Assembly: GCA_013265495.1 (NCBI GenBank)
Contig: MU058793.1
Coordinates: 587,970-651,969, forward strand
DNA from: Vicugna vicugna
Lineage: Eukaryota
Length of the DNA stretch: 64,000 nucleotides
Direction of reading: 5' to 3'
Part shown: positions 35,825 through 48,501 of the stretch, piece after piece
How the letters are laid out: each line of letters begins with the position of its first letter
Position numbering within the stretch: the first letter of the stretch is position 1
The notes under the pieces: generated by a model
Database searches by the model: none
What the model saw: the letters and a program-made list of their open reading frames with translations, nothing else
What the model was told of the DNA's origin: nothing
Program-made: the position numbers and the translations under genes

Positions 35825-37781
35825 TGGATTCTTCAGGGACCAAAAAAAATTTGTAAAATCTGTGTACCTCCCCAAGGTAATTCTTGCCATTACTATTAGT
35901 TGACTTATGAGTTGTGTTGAGTTGAGCTGAGTGAGCTGAGTTGAGTTGAGTTGAGCTAAGCTGAGCTGAGTTGAGTTGCTATGGGCTGCATCAAGTCAAG
36001 TTAAAAGAAATAAGGACCTGAAGAAGGGACATGGCACCTCACTGGTTGCTGGAGCAGGGTACTAATCAAGCAATGGTTTTCCTGATCTGAACCAACGTCC
36101 AAATTGCCTTAATTGATGTCTGTCTCCTCTCAGAACATATGTTTCATAAAGGCCATGACATTGTCTGCCTTCTTACCTGCTTTATCCCCAGTTACTAGAG
36201 CACCAGGCACAAAATTTAATAAATGAAGTCAACCAAACCAACCAATCCACATGGAGGCAAAATGGGGGTGGTAACCTCAGACACAGCTCTTGGTTACGAG
36301 ACCCCTTGATGCCTCATGTTTCCTGTTTTTTTTTTTTCCCCCTCTATGCCACAGTCTAGAATGCTTTGGAAGAAAAGATCTACTTTATATTCTAAACTGG
36401 CAAGGAAAAGCTATTTGGAGATGATTTTTAAGCTGAGTGGATGCTATAAATCCTTTCCATTCTCCTTGAAGCCTCTCTGATTACTGCCAGTCACAGATAG
36501 CCTCTTCCTTCTTATAATATCTACAGTTCTTTATCCACGTTCCTCTTAACAGCATTCATAATTTTCATTGTGTTGTCATTACATACATGTTAGTCCCGTC
36601 TCCCTTACCCTTTGAAGTTAAAATCCATGGATAGTTTATCATGGTATCCGCCCATCTCCTCACTTAGTCCTTAGAAATGTGTTGAGTGTACAAAAGAATG
36701 ACGATCACCAAAAAGTACATCATTTAAAGATTTAAGGAAAAAACACAGTTTTACTCAATCAAGTTTTATTCTCAAGTATATGTTTTTGTGTTCTTTTCAC
36801 ATTAAAAAATGTTACTGCATTTTAATTGTTAATAAAAATCAACATTTTGGTGGCCCTATTAACCAAAACTTCTTACTATCTAAATGTGGCCATGGTGAAT
36901 CTTACACTTCAGTCAGTTGAGTCTCTATGCCATCCTCATTTGCCAATATCACATTTCCCTCACCCATGCTTGCTCAAACCACCTGTACCCAGAATGTTTA
37001 CCTCTTTCTACTCATCTTTTGAGGACCTTTTAAAATCCTACCTCATCTCTGAACATGCACAATCACCCGTTCATCCAGAGATGTGCCAAACTTCAGCCCT
37101 TGCCACTGATTTGACACTTGCTCCTTCTGACTTCATCATGAACTTCTTTTCCTGCACGTTTAATGACTCTTCAAGTCACCCGCCAGCTCCTGGCAGTCAA
37201 AGGCTCTGCTAACGTCTCTTTCCATGGTCTCAGCTCCCCCATGCCCACCGTCACCAGAACTGGAAATACAGAAATTCCCACACCACCAGTGCAATTCCAG
37301 AATTATCCCATTGCTCAGACTTCACTTTCAGAATATCAGGCTCAACTTCCCACCATCCCCACTGGACCTCCTCTTACACTGACTTTTCTTGAGCCACACC
37401 TTCCTTGACTTGGTACCTTGTCCCATGTTTTTGTTCTCACTCCAGCTAAGTGGGTGACCTGACCCTGGCTCTGACTTCTCACTTCCTGTGGGTATTAGCG
37501 CCACACATTACAGTAACAAGACAGAGTGTCCATGCCCAGATTCTCTATATATTATACTCTCTTCCTCCTCCTAGCAGAAGAATAATGTCAGACAGCATAA
37601 ACTAGCTCTTTAGTCATGTTGAGTGCCCCCCTAGTTCTTGCCAAAGTGCCTTGCTCACTGTAGGGCCCCAAAACAGATATCAGAGTATTAACTCCAACGT
37701 GTTCAGTGTCAGAGTATTAATTTATGGGGGGGTAGGATGAAAAGAGGGTAATACACGATAAAGTTGGAAATGCTTTCTTTG
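35825..37781 (+). repeat. Copy 2 of near-identical ~1.95-kb direct duplication
   Basis: Starts at first base after the gap; ends at the sequence (aaatgctttctttg) that precedes the gap in copy 1. Confidence 0.97.
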
Positions 37782-38049
37782 TGTAGACATAGCCTATATG
37801 ACAAAGGTCTATTTATGCTTGGAAAATTACAATATGTTCTACCCTGGTCCCTTCATGCATATTGTGAAATAACATTATTAAAGGAGAGATGGAGTCCAGA
37901 GTGAATTCCAGTCAACAGAGGAAGAAATTCCAACTCAATCATAGAGCATTAGTTTAGGATTTGTTGTTGTTATTTCTGCAAAGTAGAGGCTCCTGATTTC
38001 TAGATGAGCAAACATTTCCTGGAAATCCAGCACTCAACAAAACAAAACA

Positions 38050-38190
38050 AAACCCTGATTTGTGTTGGTCAAGTTCTGTGGAGTAAACAGTCTCAAAACA
38101 GCCAATTTCAAGCTACCCTGGGTTTTACAATTGACTTGCAAAATTCCTGAAGCACATAAACCAGCACAAGTCAGCTCCAGCAACCCTATT
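38050..38190. mobile_element. hAT-Blackjack MITE fragment (MER63-like)
   Basis: ggagtaaacagtctc...gccaatttcaagctacc...accagcacaagtcagctccagca. Confidence 0.6.
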
Positions 38191-39229
38191 AGGCAAGTCA
38201 GGAGCCCTCAAGCCCCTCCTCCTGACCTCAGTGAGCCTATAGTCTAGCGGAGACACAGACATATTCACTTTGATCAATTGCTTTCTTTTCCAAAAGAAAT
38301 ATGCATGAGCCTGGGTCTTTGCTGTTACTTGGAGCCCATCAAGGTAAATACAATGAGTTTCCTAAAGGTTTAATTCTCAAAGATTGATAGGCTGCCAATT
38401 TGTAATAATGCCACTATAATATCATCTACTCTAAACATTCTACCGTATTACATTTTCAAGACTCACATTCCAATAGAGTTCTTGGGTAATTTTTTTTTCA
38501 ATGTTAAGGCATTTATGCTAGACACAACTAGTCTTTCAAGATATTTAAAGACCATTAGCAAAAAAAAAAAAAAAGTCCCCACTCCAACAGAAATTCTTTT
38601 GATGGAACAAGATAAAATTCCTCTATTTACTCTCAGACTTTGTATTATTTATGAACAAATCACAAATCACAGAGGGGGAGGGAGCAGCAAATAGGGATGA
38701 AAGCATGTTACAGGAACACATGCTGATGTTATGTGCAGCACGTACTGAACATATTCCCCTATTCCTTAGCCAGACGACGTGTAAAACGGTCACTGTGGTA
38801 ATACAGTTCATTCAGTAGTGAAGCCAGGAAAGAACCTGCAGAGATTTCTGTCTCCACTAATGGGTGAAGTCTTTAAGGTTTGGATTTCTCTTGCAAGCAA
38901 ATTTCAGGAGAAAACCAAAACTAAAAGTAAGCATACGAGGAGGCTCCCTTTAACAAGCTTCCTTAAGAGGGAGCTGTTCCCTGATGATGCATCCTATAAG
39001 AATTCAAAGGTCTAAACAGCAAAAGGGAGCAAATATCATGTTCTGTGCAGCTTATTTTGAATTTGGCCAGAAAATTTTTTTTGTTTCAAATTCTGTTCGG
39101 CCTTCCTGCAATGGTCACCATATCCTCTCTCTCTCTCTCTGTCTCAACTGTTGCATCTACTTCCCACTGGAAATACATTCTTCCGGGAGCCTTTAATCTT
39201 GGGATCAGAAAAGGTCATACATTTACTGG

Positions 39230-39348
39230 TTTTTTTTTGGGGGGGGAGGGCAAGGTTTATTTATTTATTTTAATGGAAGTACTGGGGATTGAATCCAGGG
39301 CCTCATGCATGCCAAGCATGCACTCTACCACTGAGCTCTACCCTCTCC
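39230..39348 (-). mobile_element. tRNA-derived camelid SINE (Vic-1-like)
   Basis: gtactggggattgaatccaggg...agcatgcactctaccactgagct; TSD catttact (39220-39227 / 39349-39356). Confidence 0.93.
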
Positions 39349-40286
39349 CATTTACTATCATGCAGCCTTCTTACAGATGATGCTTTGCTACCCTTGTTTC
39401 CTCACACGTCTATAACTGCTATCTGTCTCTGAGAAATCTCGCAACACTCTTTAGTATCAGCCTGAGGAAGTAGATAAGTCCATGGGGCTCTGTTGCCAGA
39501 CATACATACCTAGATTCAAGTTAATTCTCCATCTTCCCTCCCTCCATCGACTGACTTCCACTAGCTAAGTAACCTTGTGTGACTTCTGGAGCCCTCTGAA
39601 GGAGTTTCCCCATCTCTAAAATGGGTACATCGTAATACTTAATAAATGCTGTTTTTAGTGACTGAGTTCAAATGCATTCATGAAGGTTGGTATAATCTTC
39701 CCAGCCAAAGGGTATCTCTTCGAAGCACTTCTTGTCTTCCAATAGACTCCATTAGGTATGTGCCTCATTGTCCTTACTAAACTGAGCCCACTTGAGGTAG
39801 CCTTCATTCATCATATTCATATCCATTCATCATGGTTGCCTTTGAGTGCCCAACAATGCCTAGCAGAGTGCCTTGCCTGCTGGAACCTCCTTAAGGGGAG
39901 GTAGCATGTCTGTCTTCCTCACTGCTTCTGTGCTTCAGCATAGGGCTAACAAAAGCCACACGTGCAAGAAGTATTTGTTAGACGAAGAACAGGAGTGTAA
40001 GTAACAGTTTAATTAATACGTTTCGTAAGAAATGATACACAAATCAGTGGTGGCCAATTGCAAGTCCTTGTTCACCACTGCATGCTTGGTGTTCAGTATG
40101 ATCGTGCTCAGTGAATGACTAGTGAGTGAATTAATCAATGAATCGATTGATCCAGTGGCCTATTGTCTCCTATTGCTCCGTGGAAGGCAACCTGCACCCT
40201 AAAAATACTACTGGAAAGTTTGAGTAACTTGCTATTTGAACCAGTGGAACACAGAACAGACAAAAACAGATGCATTTTCCCTAAAC

Positions 40287-40493
40287 CCGTGATTCCCAAC
40301 CAGGGTGATTTTGCCTCCATTTGGCAATGTCTGGAAATATTTCTGGTTGTCACACTGGGAGATTGCTACTGGCGTCTAGTGGGTAGAGTTCAGAGATGCG
40401 GCTAAACATCCTACAAGGCCTTGGACGATCCCTGAAATAGGGAATTATCCTGCCTCAAATGTCAATAAAACAGCAGTTGACAAACCTCACTGT
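40287..40493 (+). mobile_element. MER20 hAT-Charlie MITE
   Basis: gattttgcctccatttggcaatgtctggaaatatttctggttgtcacactggg...gctactggcgtctagtgggtagag...gctaaacatcctacaa. Confidence 0.9.
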
Positions 40494-40589
40494 CAATGAT
40501 CAGCTCTGGGAAGAGGTTTTTTTTCACAGCAACATATTAAAATGTGGGTCAAAATTATTGAGACGTTCGCTATAATGCCTGCCTCACTC

Positions 40590-40760
40590 ACAGAATCATA
40601 GAAAGTCAGGGCTGAAGGGAACGCTAGAGATGATCAAGTCCAAACTCTTTGCTTTACAGTGGGGGACTCTGCAAGTCCAGAAAGGGAAGAGAAAGCTCCA
40701 AGCCACACGGCTAGTAAATGGCCAAGCCAGTCCAAGAAGCCAGGCTCCCACCACCTGGGT
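40590..40760 (-). mobile_element. MIR SINE
   Basis: cacagaatcatagaaagtcagggctgaagggaacgctagagatgatcaagtccaaac...tttacagtgggggactctg. Confidence 0.75.
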
Positions 40761-41589
40761 CATTCTCAAGGCCCTTTCCCATCGCTTTCCAGCGTGCCTC
40801 CCTTTAACTCTCCCCTGCAGGTTCAGCCCCAGCCCGGCTACTGCAGCCCACTTTACCCTGGGACTAGAGGACCATTTCCCCAATGTCCATCATTCACATC
40901 CTACATCGATGACTTCCACCATATCCATGAACCACCAGGACTGTTATTTATGTAATCATTTCATTTACATTGACATTGACTATTTTCTGAAGTCATTAGA
41001 AAAAACTGCAATAAGGAAATCTTTTATCAGCACCATAAGTAAAAGCTGGTATCATTTGCCATAATTAGAGAGACCTAAAATTGGCATGATACAAACAAAG
41101 ATGTTGTTCAGCGCTAGGTTGGTGTTGTTGCACCTGTAGGTCTCCGAGCCCGAGCCTCTTTGTTAAAAAGGCAGAGTCCCAAGAGTAGAAGGTGTTAAGG
41201 ACACGTTAGCACCAAATTGAGACCTTTTCTTTAATGTAATAAGAGGTATTGGGAAAGAATTGACAAGAGAATGGATTTCTCATCATGTGCTTCAATATTA
41301 TTTATTACTGCGCTCATGCACCCCTTAAAATCATCTTGTATTCCCTCACCGTATCTTTATTTTAGGAAACACTGGATTAGGAGAATAAGAGGGACCAAAA
41401 TCACTTCCTCCCTCTTTGATGTAAGTTTCTTCTTTGGTCTCCCAGACAGAAAGAATGCAGGCATCCTGAGTTTTTGTGTGCTCCCGGGTCAAGGGTAATG
41501 AACTAGGAAAATGGAAGGGTGACTACCTACATGAGGAATCATTCCCTGCGTTGCAAACTTTCACAGTATACATTTCAGGTGGTAGAAGG

Positions 41590-42104
41590 GTGGAGCAGGA
41601 GATTCTAAGATGATCCCAATGACCCTCCCGTTTGTAGGAGCCCCATCCCCTTTGACTGTAAGTTGAACCTGTGAATACGATTATATCACATTATCACTTC
41701 TGTGATGGTTACAGCCTATTGCCAAAGGGAGATGACCCTGGGTGGGCCTGACCTAGTCATGTGACTGCTTTAAAATCAGAGTTTTCTTCAGCTGGTTGCA
41801 GAGAGAGAGAGATGTGCTCCGGCTGGCCAAACATCCATGTTGGGAACTGCAAATGGGGGCCACAGGGCCAAGGAACTGGCGGGGGCAGACTCGAAGCTGA
41901 GGGCAGTTCCCAGCTGACAACTAACAGGAGTGGGGACATCAGTCCCACATGTGCAAAGAAATGAATCCAGCCAGCAACTAGTGGGCTTACAAGAGGAACC
42001 CAAGCCCAGGCTTCTGACCCACAGAAGCTGTGAGATAGTCACTTTGGGTTGTTTTAAGCTGCTAAGTTCATGGAACTTTGTTACAAAGCAAGAGAAAACT
42101 AACA
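41590..42104 (+). mobile_element. MaLR solo LTR (MLT1E/F-like)
   Basis: attctaagatgatcccaatga...ggtgggcctgacctagtca...cttctgacccacagaagctgtgagata...ttttaagctgctaagtt...gaaaactaaca. Confidence 0.88.
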
Positions 42105-42684
42105 TGAAGGAATACAGAGGTGAATATGATTGACTCCCTGGCACCAGGAAACTTATATTCTGGCCCTGGAAATAAGATACACACAAAGGCAATTTAAATA
42201 TTAATCAGGGTATGTAAGTTTATATCTAAGAAAGACACACTCAAAGTGAAGAAATGTGGCAGAGGAATATCAGAGAAGGCTTCATGGAGGAGGTGACATC
42301 TGCACAGACCTGAAAATTCAAAGAGTATTTCAGCAAGCCGAGAGGTGGGCCCAGTGCACACATCTACTGGACAGACTAGAGTTCAGCTTGGCCTTGTTCA
42401 CAGAGCCATGGAGAGCACAGGCCCTGGATTCAGTTGTCTAGTTCCAGGCCTGGCTCTACCCCTTATTAGCTGCATGATTTGAACAAGAAAATAAAGCTCT
42501 CAGATTCTCCACATCCCTATCTGGGAAAGAGGGGGAATAATAACAGTGTCTGCCTACAGAGTCACTTAGCCAGCAAATGGCAGAACCTCCTCTCCTTATT
42601 CGTGCTAACTCCACACCTGTACCCACCTACGTAGATTCAAAGCTTCTGCACTGAACACCTTCCTTGAGGCTGCCTCCCTGATTT

Positions 42685-42825
42685 GTAGGGCCTAGGGCAG
42701 GACTACAAATAGAAGCCCACGTACCATATGTCTGAATATTTACAGCTATAAATCAAGCTAAAAGCTGTTAAATAAAGTAAGTGCCATCCCCCCACTTTGG
42801 CAACTACACCTTTATAATGACAACA
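42685..42825. mobile_element. hAT-Tip100-type DNA transposon fragment
   Basis: gggcctagggcaggactacaaatagaagcccacgtaccatatgtctgaatattt...ataaatcaagctaa. Confidence 0.55.
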
Positions 42826-42859
42826 TTTTTTTTAATGTTTTTTTAAAAGATTGGCTTAT

Positions 42860-43066
42860 GCTGCCTTGCCTCAATTTGGGACATCTCAGAAGGGCCACCC
42901 CAGTTCCAGTGCCCCCATCGGACCCAACACCTCCATTGGAACATATAGAGGACCAGCTTTTCCCTTTGCCTGCCTCTCCCCACTTCTCTACAGGAGCATC
43001 TCCTGAGAACATTGCCCAGGAACCTTCTGCACGCAAATCTGTTTCCAAGGGATCCAGTCCAAGACA
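42860..43066 (+). mobile_element. LTR16-like LTR 3' fragment
   Basis: gggacatctcagaagggccaccccagttccag...ccttctgcacgcaaatctgtttccaagggatccagtccaagaca. Confidence 0.7.
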
Positions 43067-43904
43067 CCCACCCTCTCACATCTGATCATGTGAGGACATA
43101 GAATCTCTCACCTGTGGAGTTTCTTCCTGCAGGGGGCCTTCCTAATCTGCACCTCTGGCTTCTGGACCCAACTCCCTAGCACACTCTGGTCCACACCTGA
43201 TGGCTTCCAAGCCCAGAGCCATGGTTATGGAAGGAAACATTGCCGTTATCTCTTTATTAAAGCAAAGCCCTCCAACCTCCATTGGCAGTTTGCCATGTGA
43301 ACCCTCCCCCAGGGAGGACCAGCTCTGTGTGTCGATCACATTCGGCATTTAAAAAAAAAAAAACATTTAATTATGTGCAAAGAGAGAGTCTATGTGTCAC
43401 TTTTTGGCCAGGTTTGTTTGGGACTTTATTATCATCCATATCACTGTAGCCTATTATTCCTCGGCAGATTGGACAAGTTTCAAGGTTAATAAAAATGTTC
43501 TGGCAAATTGTTATTTGAAAATGATTGAAGGCAATGTCCCACTCGAAGCATATGTTTGACATTTTGGGGGAGGAAAGGAAGAAAATGCCTCGTGCTGTTT
43601 GAGTTCCTTTGACAGCTCTAAATTGTCTGGCATGTGCTGAGTTGCTCTAAGCACCACAGAGACCGGCATTTTCCTTCCCAAGTCCCCTTCCCTCCACGTG
43701 CACACGTCACTTTCGGTAATAATGGAAATCATCAGGAAGTATAAGACGCTGCATTTTTTTTTTTTTTTAGAGTCAGGTCCAGCACTCCATCATATAAAAG
43801 AGGGAACTGAGGCCTAGAGAAATGAAACCACTCGTCCAACGTCGTGGTGTAGGTGGTGGGACCTGGGTGAAAACCCAGGTCTGTCCATCTCCAAACCTCC
43901 CAAC

Positions 43905-44840
43905 ACTGCTTGTCTTCAGCCAAAGCTGGGATCCCACCGGCCCTGGCAGTGCCCACCTGCCCACAGATATTTCTTGGTTGACCTCCAGCTGCCAGTGCCT
44001 GCATCTCTGTGCCTGAAGACTGTTGCCAGCTTTATTGAGGTATAATTGACAAATAAAAAATGTATATACTTAAGGCGTACAACGTGATGATTTGAAAGAC
44101 ACACACGCTGGGAAATGATTATCAAAGTCAAGCTAATTAACATATCCATCACCTCACATGGTTACATTTGTGAGCGTGTGTGTGGTGAGGACCCTTAGGA
44201 TCTACTTCCTTTCGACTATATGCAATACAGTGTTCCTAACTGTAATCACCATGCTGCACATTACAGCCTCAGAACTGACTCATCTTGTAACTGAAAGTTT
44301 GTACTCTTTGACCAAATGTTTCCCCATTTTCCTCTCCCCTTCCCCCCAGAACCTAGTGACCACCATTCTACTCTCTGCTTTGATGAGTTCAAATTTTTTA
44401 TATTCTATATGTAAATGAGATCATGCAGTATTTGTCTTTCTGTATCTGAAATATTTCCCATTAGCAAAATGTCCTTCAGGTCCATCTAGATCTGTAGAAG
44501 GCTGCGCTGCCTTGCAGAGCAGACCAGAAGTGCTAGGGAATTGAATTGCAACCTCAGAAAAAGCCCTCAACCAGTGATTCTTGAGTGCTGGTGTATAAAT
44601 GTCCCACTCCCTCACCCCTTGGGTCGGGTAATTCTGAGGCCATGTGTTCCTCCTAGAGCTAAGCTCCAGACACCCACTGTGGTAGCTGATCTAAAAATGC
44701 ACCTTTTATTGGCTGCCTTCCCTTCCCTGTATCGATTTCCCTACTGCCCCACTGGTGTCCTCAGCACCTCCGAAATGAATTACTCTCACTTAAACCTTTG
44801 GTTCTTTTGGAGCCACTTTGGAGTAGCCTAAACTGAAACA
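43905..44840 (+). mobile_element. LTR16-like solo LTR split by an L1
   Basis: cagctgccagtgcctgcatctctgtgcctgaag [L1] ccagaagtgctagggaatt...ttttattggctgccttcccttccctgt...cctaaactgaaaca. Confidence 0.75.
44025..44490 (-). mobile_element. L1 3' end (L1MA9-like)
   Basis: cagctttattgaggtataattgacaaataaaaaatgtatatacttaaggcgtacaacgtgatg...caagctaattaacatatccatcacctcaca. Confidence 0.9.
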
Positions 44841-45177
44841 GGGACTACCTAAAAATATCCCTGGGATTGGGACATCTGTAACCAGTTGGGACTGAAGAAG
44901 GACAGGTGTGGGTTAACTCCAGCTACTGCCCTAATGATAACACTTGGCTTTTGAAAATTCTACCGCCAGTAACTTTGGTCCTAACACTGCTGGCCCCAGC
45001 TTACCGCTCAATCATATTCCCTTTGGGAGGAAAATGCTATTCCAGGTTAAATCTTCCCCAAGGAGATACGTAACCAGTAGTTATGGATTTAAGACTTCCA
45101 GAGATGTTGAAGGACACAAACAATCAAACAGCTCTTACCTAATGCCTCTAGGTGTGATTTCTCCCCCGCCCTCCAAG

Positions 45178-45460
45178 GCAGTGTGCTGTGGTGGTCTATG
45201 GGGGTCAAGTCCGTGGGCTCTGCCTCCATGCTCCCTAGGTTTGAATCCAAGCCCCACTACATACAAGCTAAGTGACCTAGGGAAAGCACCTAATCTCTCT
45301 GTGTCTTAATATCCTCAGTAGTAAAGTCATGACAATAGTACCATCTACCTCATGAAGTTGTTGTGAATACAATTTAATTCATATGGAGAGGTTAGATGGG
45401 GCCTGGAACCTAGTAAGTGCTAAAGAAGTATTATTTTTAATTATTATTATTATTATTATT
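45178..45460 (+). mobile_element. MIR SINE with (TTA)n tail
   Basis: ggtttgaatccaagccccactacatacaagctaagtgacctagggaa...ctacctcatgaagttgttgtga. Confidence 0.82.
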
Positions 45461-45577
45461 AGCACACTGGGAAAGGGATAGTGGGATGAGCACTTAATGA
45501 ATGTAAGGTATTATTAAAGTTTGCCTGACTCTCCTCTTACATGTTTCCATTTACATAACCACAGTGCAAATCAATAA

Positions 45578-46662
45578 TTTCTTTCTTTCCAACTGAAGTA
45601 AAATTGACATGCAACATCTTACTAGTTTCAAGTGTACAACATGAATCAACATTTGTATATATTGTGAAATGATCACTGCAAGAAGTCTAGCTACCAACTG
45701 TCACCATATAAAGTTACAAAAAAAGTTTTTTCTTGCGAGAACTCTAATATTTACTCTCTTAGCAACTTTCAAATTTGCACTGCAGTATTATTGACTATAG
45801 CTTGATTATTGACTATCATGCTGTACATTGCATCCACATGACTTATTTATTTTATAACTGGAAGTTTGTACCTCTTAATCCCTATCACCCATTTTGCCCA
45901 TCACCCAACACCAGTTCCCTCTGGCAACCATCAATTTATTCTCTGTTTCTATGAGTTCTGTTTGTTTCTTTTGCTTTTGATTCTATTTTTTAAAATTTTG
46001 GGGAAGAGTAATTAGGTTTATTTATTATTATTTTTTCATGGAAGTGCTGGGGATTGAACCCAGGACCTGTGTACGCTAAGCATGCACTCTACCACTGAGC
46101 TATACCCTCCCCCTCCTGTTTGACATAAAAGTGAACTTATACAATATTTGTCTTTCTCTAGATGACTTGCTTCACTTAGCATAACATTTTCAAGGTCCAA
46201 CCATGTAGTCACAAATGGCAAAATTCCATTCTTTCTATGGCTGAGTAATATTCCATTCTATATATAGGTATATATATTAAAGGGGGGGGAGAGAGTACAT
46301 TTTCTTCATCCATTCATTCATTGATGGACACTTAGGTTGTTTCCATATCTTGGATATTGTAAATAATGCTTCAGTGAATGTAGGAGTATATACATCTTTT
46401 CATATTAGTGTTTTTGTTTTATTTCAATGAATGTCCAGAAGTGGAATTGCTGGATCATATGGTAGTTTTATTTCTAAATTTTTGAGGAACTGCCCCATAC
46501 TTTTTCCCATAGTGGGTGCACCAGTTTACATTCCCATCAACAGTACATGAGGGCTTCCTTTTCTCACATTCTCATCAACACTTGTTACAGCCATTCTGAC
46601 AGGTGTGGGGTGATATCTCATTGTGGTTTTAATTTGCATTTCCCTGGTGATTAATGATGTTG
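45578..46662 (-). mobile_element. L1 3' end (ORF2 C-terminus and 3' UTR) containing a nested SINE
   Basis: Reverse ORFs read ...REMQIKTTMRYHPTPVRMA and MPFVTTWLDLENVMLSEAS, both L1 ORF2 C-terminal motifs. Confidence 0.92.
45986..46113 (-). mobile_element. tRNA-derived camelid SINE (Vic-1-like)
   Basis: gtaattaggtttattt...gtgctggggattgaacccaggacc...gctaagcatgcactctaccactgagctataccctcccc. Confidence 0.93.
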
Positions 46663-47807
46663 CAAACCAGTGATTTAGAGTCATTAAGGTGTGTGAGTTG
46701 GCTGATGGCTCTGGATCCCTCCCTGCTGAAATTTTGTGCACACCTCCAAGCAGCACCTTACAGTAGTATTCCAGATCTGCTAGAAGAATAAGCTAAGGAA
46801 GTCTCATTTCTAAAATAATACTTTCATTTTTCACATGAAGACCATGTACTGTATCACAAGCCAGCCCCACCATGACTGGCCTCTCCCTCACCTATCCAAC
46901 CTTGATTACTCCTGCATTCTGCTTGTGGGATGCTAGCTTCCTCAGTCCCCCACTGACATCACACCCTTTCCAGCTGGACTTTTGTGCAGCTGCTTCTGCT
47001 ATTTCCCATTTGGAGGCCTGCCTTTCCCTACCTTTCCTGGAAACTCCATTGAAGGGATCCTTTCTGCAAAAACTCGTTTATTCTACTTGGCCCACCTCCT
47101 CCATGATTATTTAACCCTCATTATTCTCTTCCTTCCTGGGCTCATCATCCAAACACACTGAGCAATTCATTATACTCTGTCTTGTGAAAAGAAAAGTGTT
47201 CTAGGTTTACAGTCAAAACACCTAGGCACAAATCTCCTTTACTTCAGCCAAGATACATAACCTCCTGAGTCCTGGTTTCTGCATCTGCTACCATTCATTC
47301 ATTCATCATTCAGCCAACAGACGTTGCTGACTAGCTGTTAGGTACCAACCATTGTCCCCAGCCTTGGAGATGTGACATAAAATTGAGACCACACGTTCCC
47401 TGCCTTCATGGAGCTTAGAGTGAAGCAAGGTAGACAGACACTAAACAAGTAATAACAGTTAGTTAGCTAATTAATTGACTATAATTGTGGTAAGTACCAG
47501 AGTAGGTACTATGGATACCACGCCAACATCCCCTCTTTTTACCGGGAGATCACCTGCAGCTTCAGTGGACAGGGGGATACAATGCCCCTACCAGCCGACC
47601 GCTTCCCTCTCTAAGCACTAATGTCTCCCACAGCCGATGAGAAAAGGGAGTAGATGAAACCCTCCAGCTTCCTTGTCTCTTGATAGGACAATTCTAAGGT
47701 ATGTTCTAGAGCAGAGTTAGCAAACTTTTTCACAAAGGGCCATATTTTATATTAAATACTTTAGGCTTTGCAGGCCATTCAATCTCTGTCAAAACTACTC
47801 TTCTCTA

Positions 47808-48501
47808 CAGAGTAGGATATAGCTCACTGGTAGGGTGTGTGCTTAGCATGCACGAGGTCCTGGGTTCAATCCCAGTACCTCCATTAAAACAAATAAATAC
47901 TGTGGCTAGGACTTCCAAGACTATGTTGAATAAGAGTGGTGATAGTGGGCAGCCTTGTCTTGTCCCAGATTTTAGTGGGAAGCTTTTGAGTTTTTCACCG
48001 TTGATTACTATGCTGGCTGTAGGTTTGTTATATATATAGCTTTCATTATGTTGAGATATGTTTCCTCTATACCCACTTTGGTGAGAGTTTTTATTATAAG
48101 TGGGTGTTGAATTTTATCAAATGCTTTTTCTGCATCTATTGAGATGATCATGATCATGTGTGTCCTTTCTCTTGTTGATGTGATGTATTACACTGATTGA
48201 TTTGCATATGTTGAACCACCCTTGTGTCCCTGGGATGAACCCCACTTGATCATGCTGTGTAATCTTTTTAATGTACTGTTGGATCCTATTTGCTAATATT
48301 TTGGTAAGGATTTTTGCATCAATGTTCATCAGTGATATTGGTCTGTAATTCTCTTTTTTGGTAATGTCTTTGGCTGGTTTTGGTATCAGGGTGATGGTGG
48401 CTTCATAGAATGAGTTTGGGAGTATTCCCTCCTTTTCAATCTTCTGGAAGAGTTTGAAAACCTAATTACCTGCCCCCTCAAAAGCAAACAAACAAACAAA
48501 C
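47808..48501 (+). mobile_element. Vic-1-like SINE split by an L1 fragment (head 47808-47899, tail 48458-48501)
   Basis: 16-bp TSD aaactactcttctcta (47792-47807) / aaactactctactcta (48502-48517); tail aaacctaattacctgccccc matches other copies. Confidence 0.9.
47900..48457 (-). mobile_element. Internal L1 ORF2 (RT domain) fragment
   Basis: Reverse ORF 48117-48329 [44 protein letters not shown] = L1 RT; no 3' UTR or poly-A. Confidence 0.95.

Noticed and set aside
35402..35903. Long ORFs spanning the gap
   Set aside because: Artefacts of translating Ns
34519..37408. Identical ORF pairs (128 aa and 81 aa) suggesting a duplicated gene
   Set aside because: By-product of the gap-flanking duplication; no coding features
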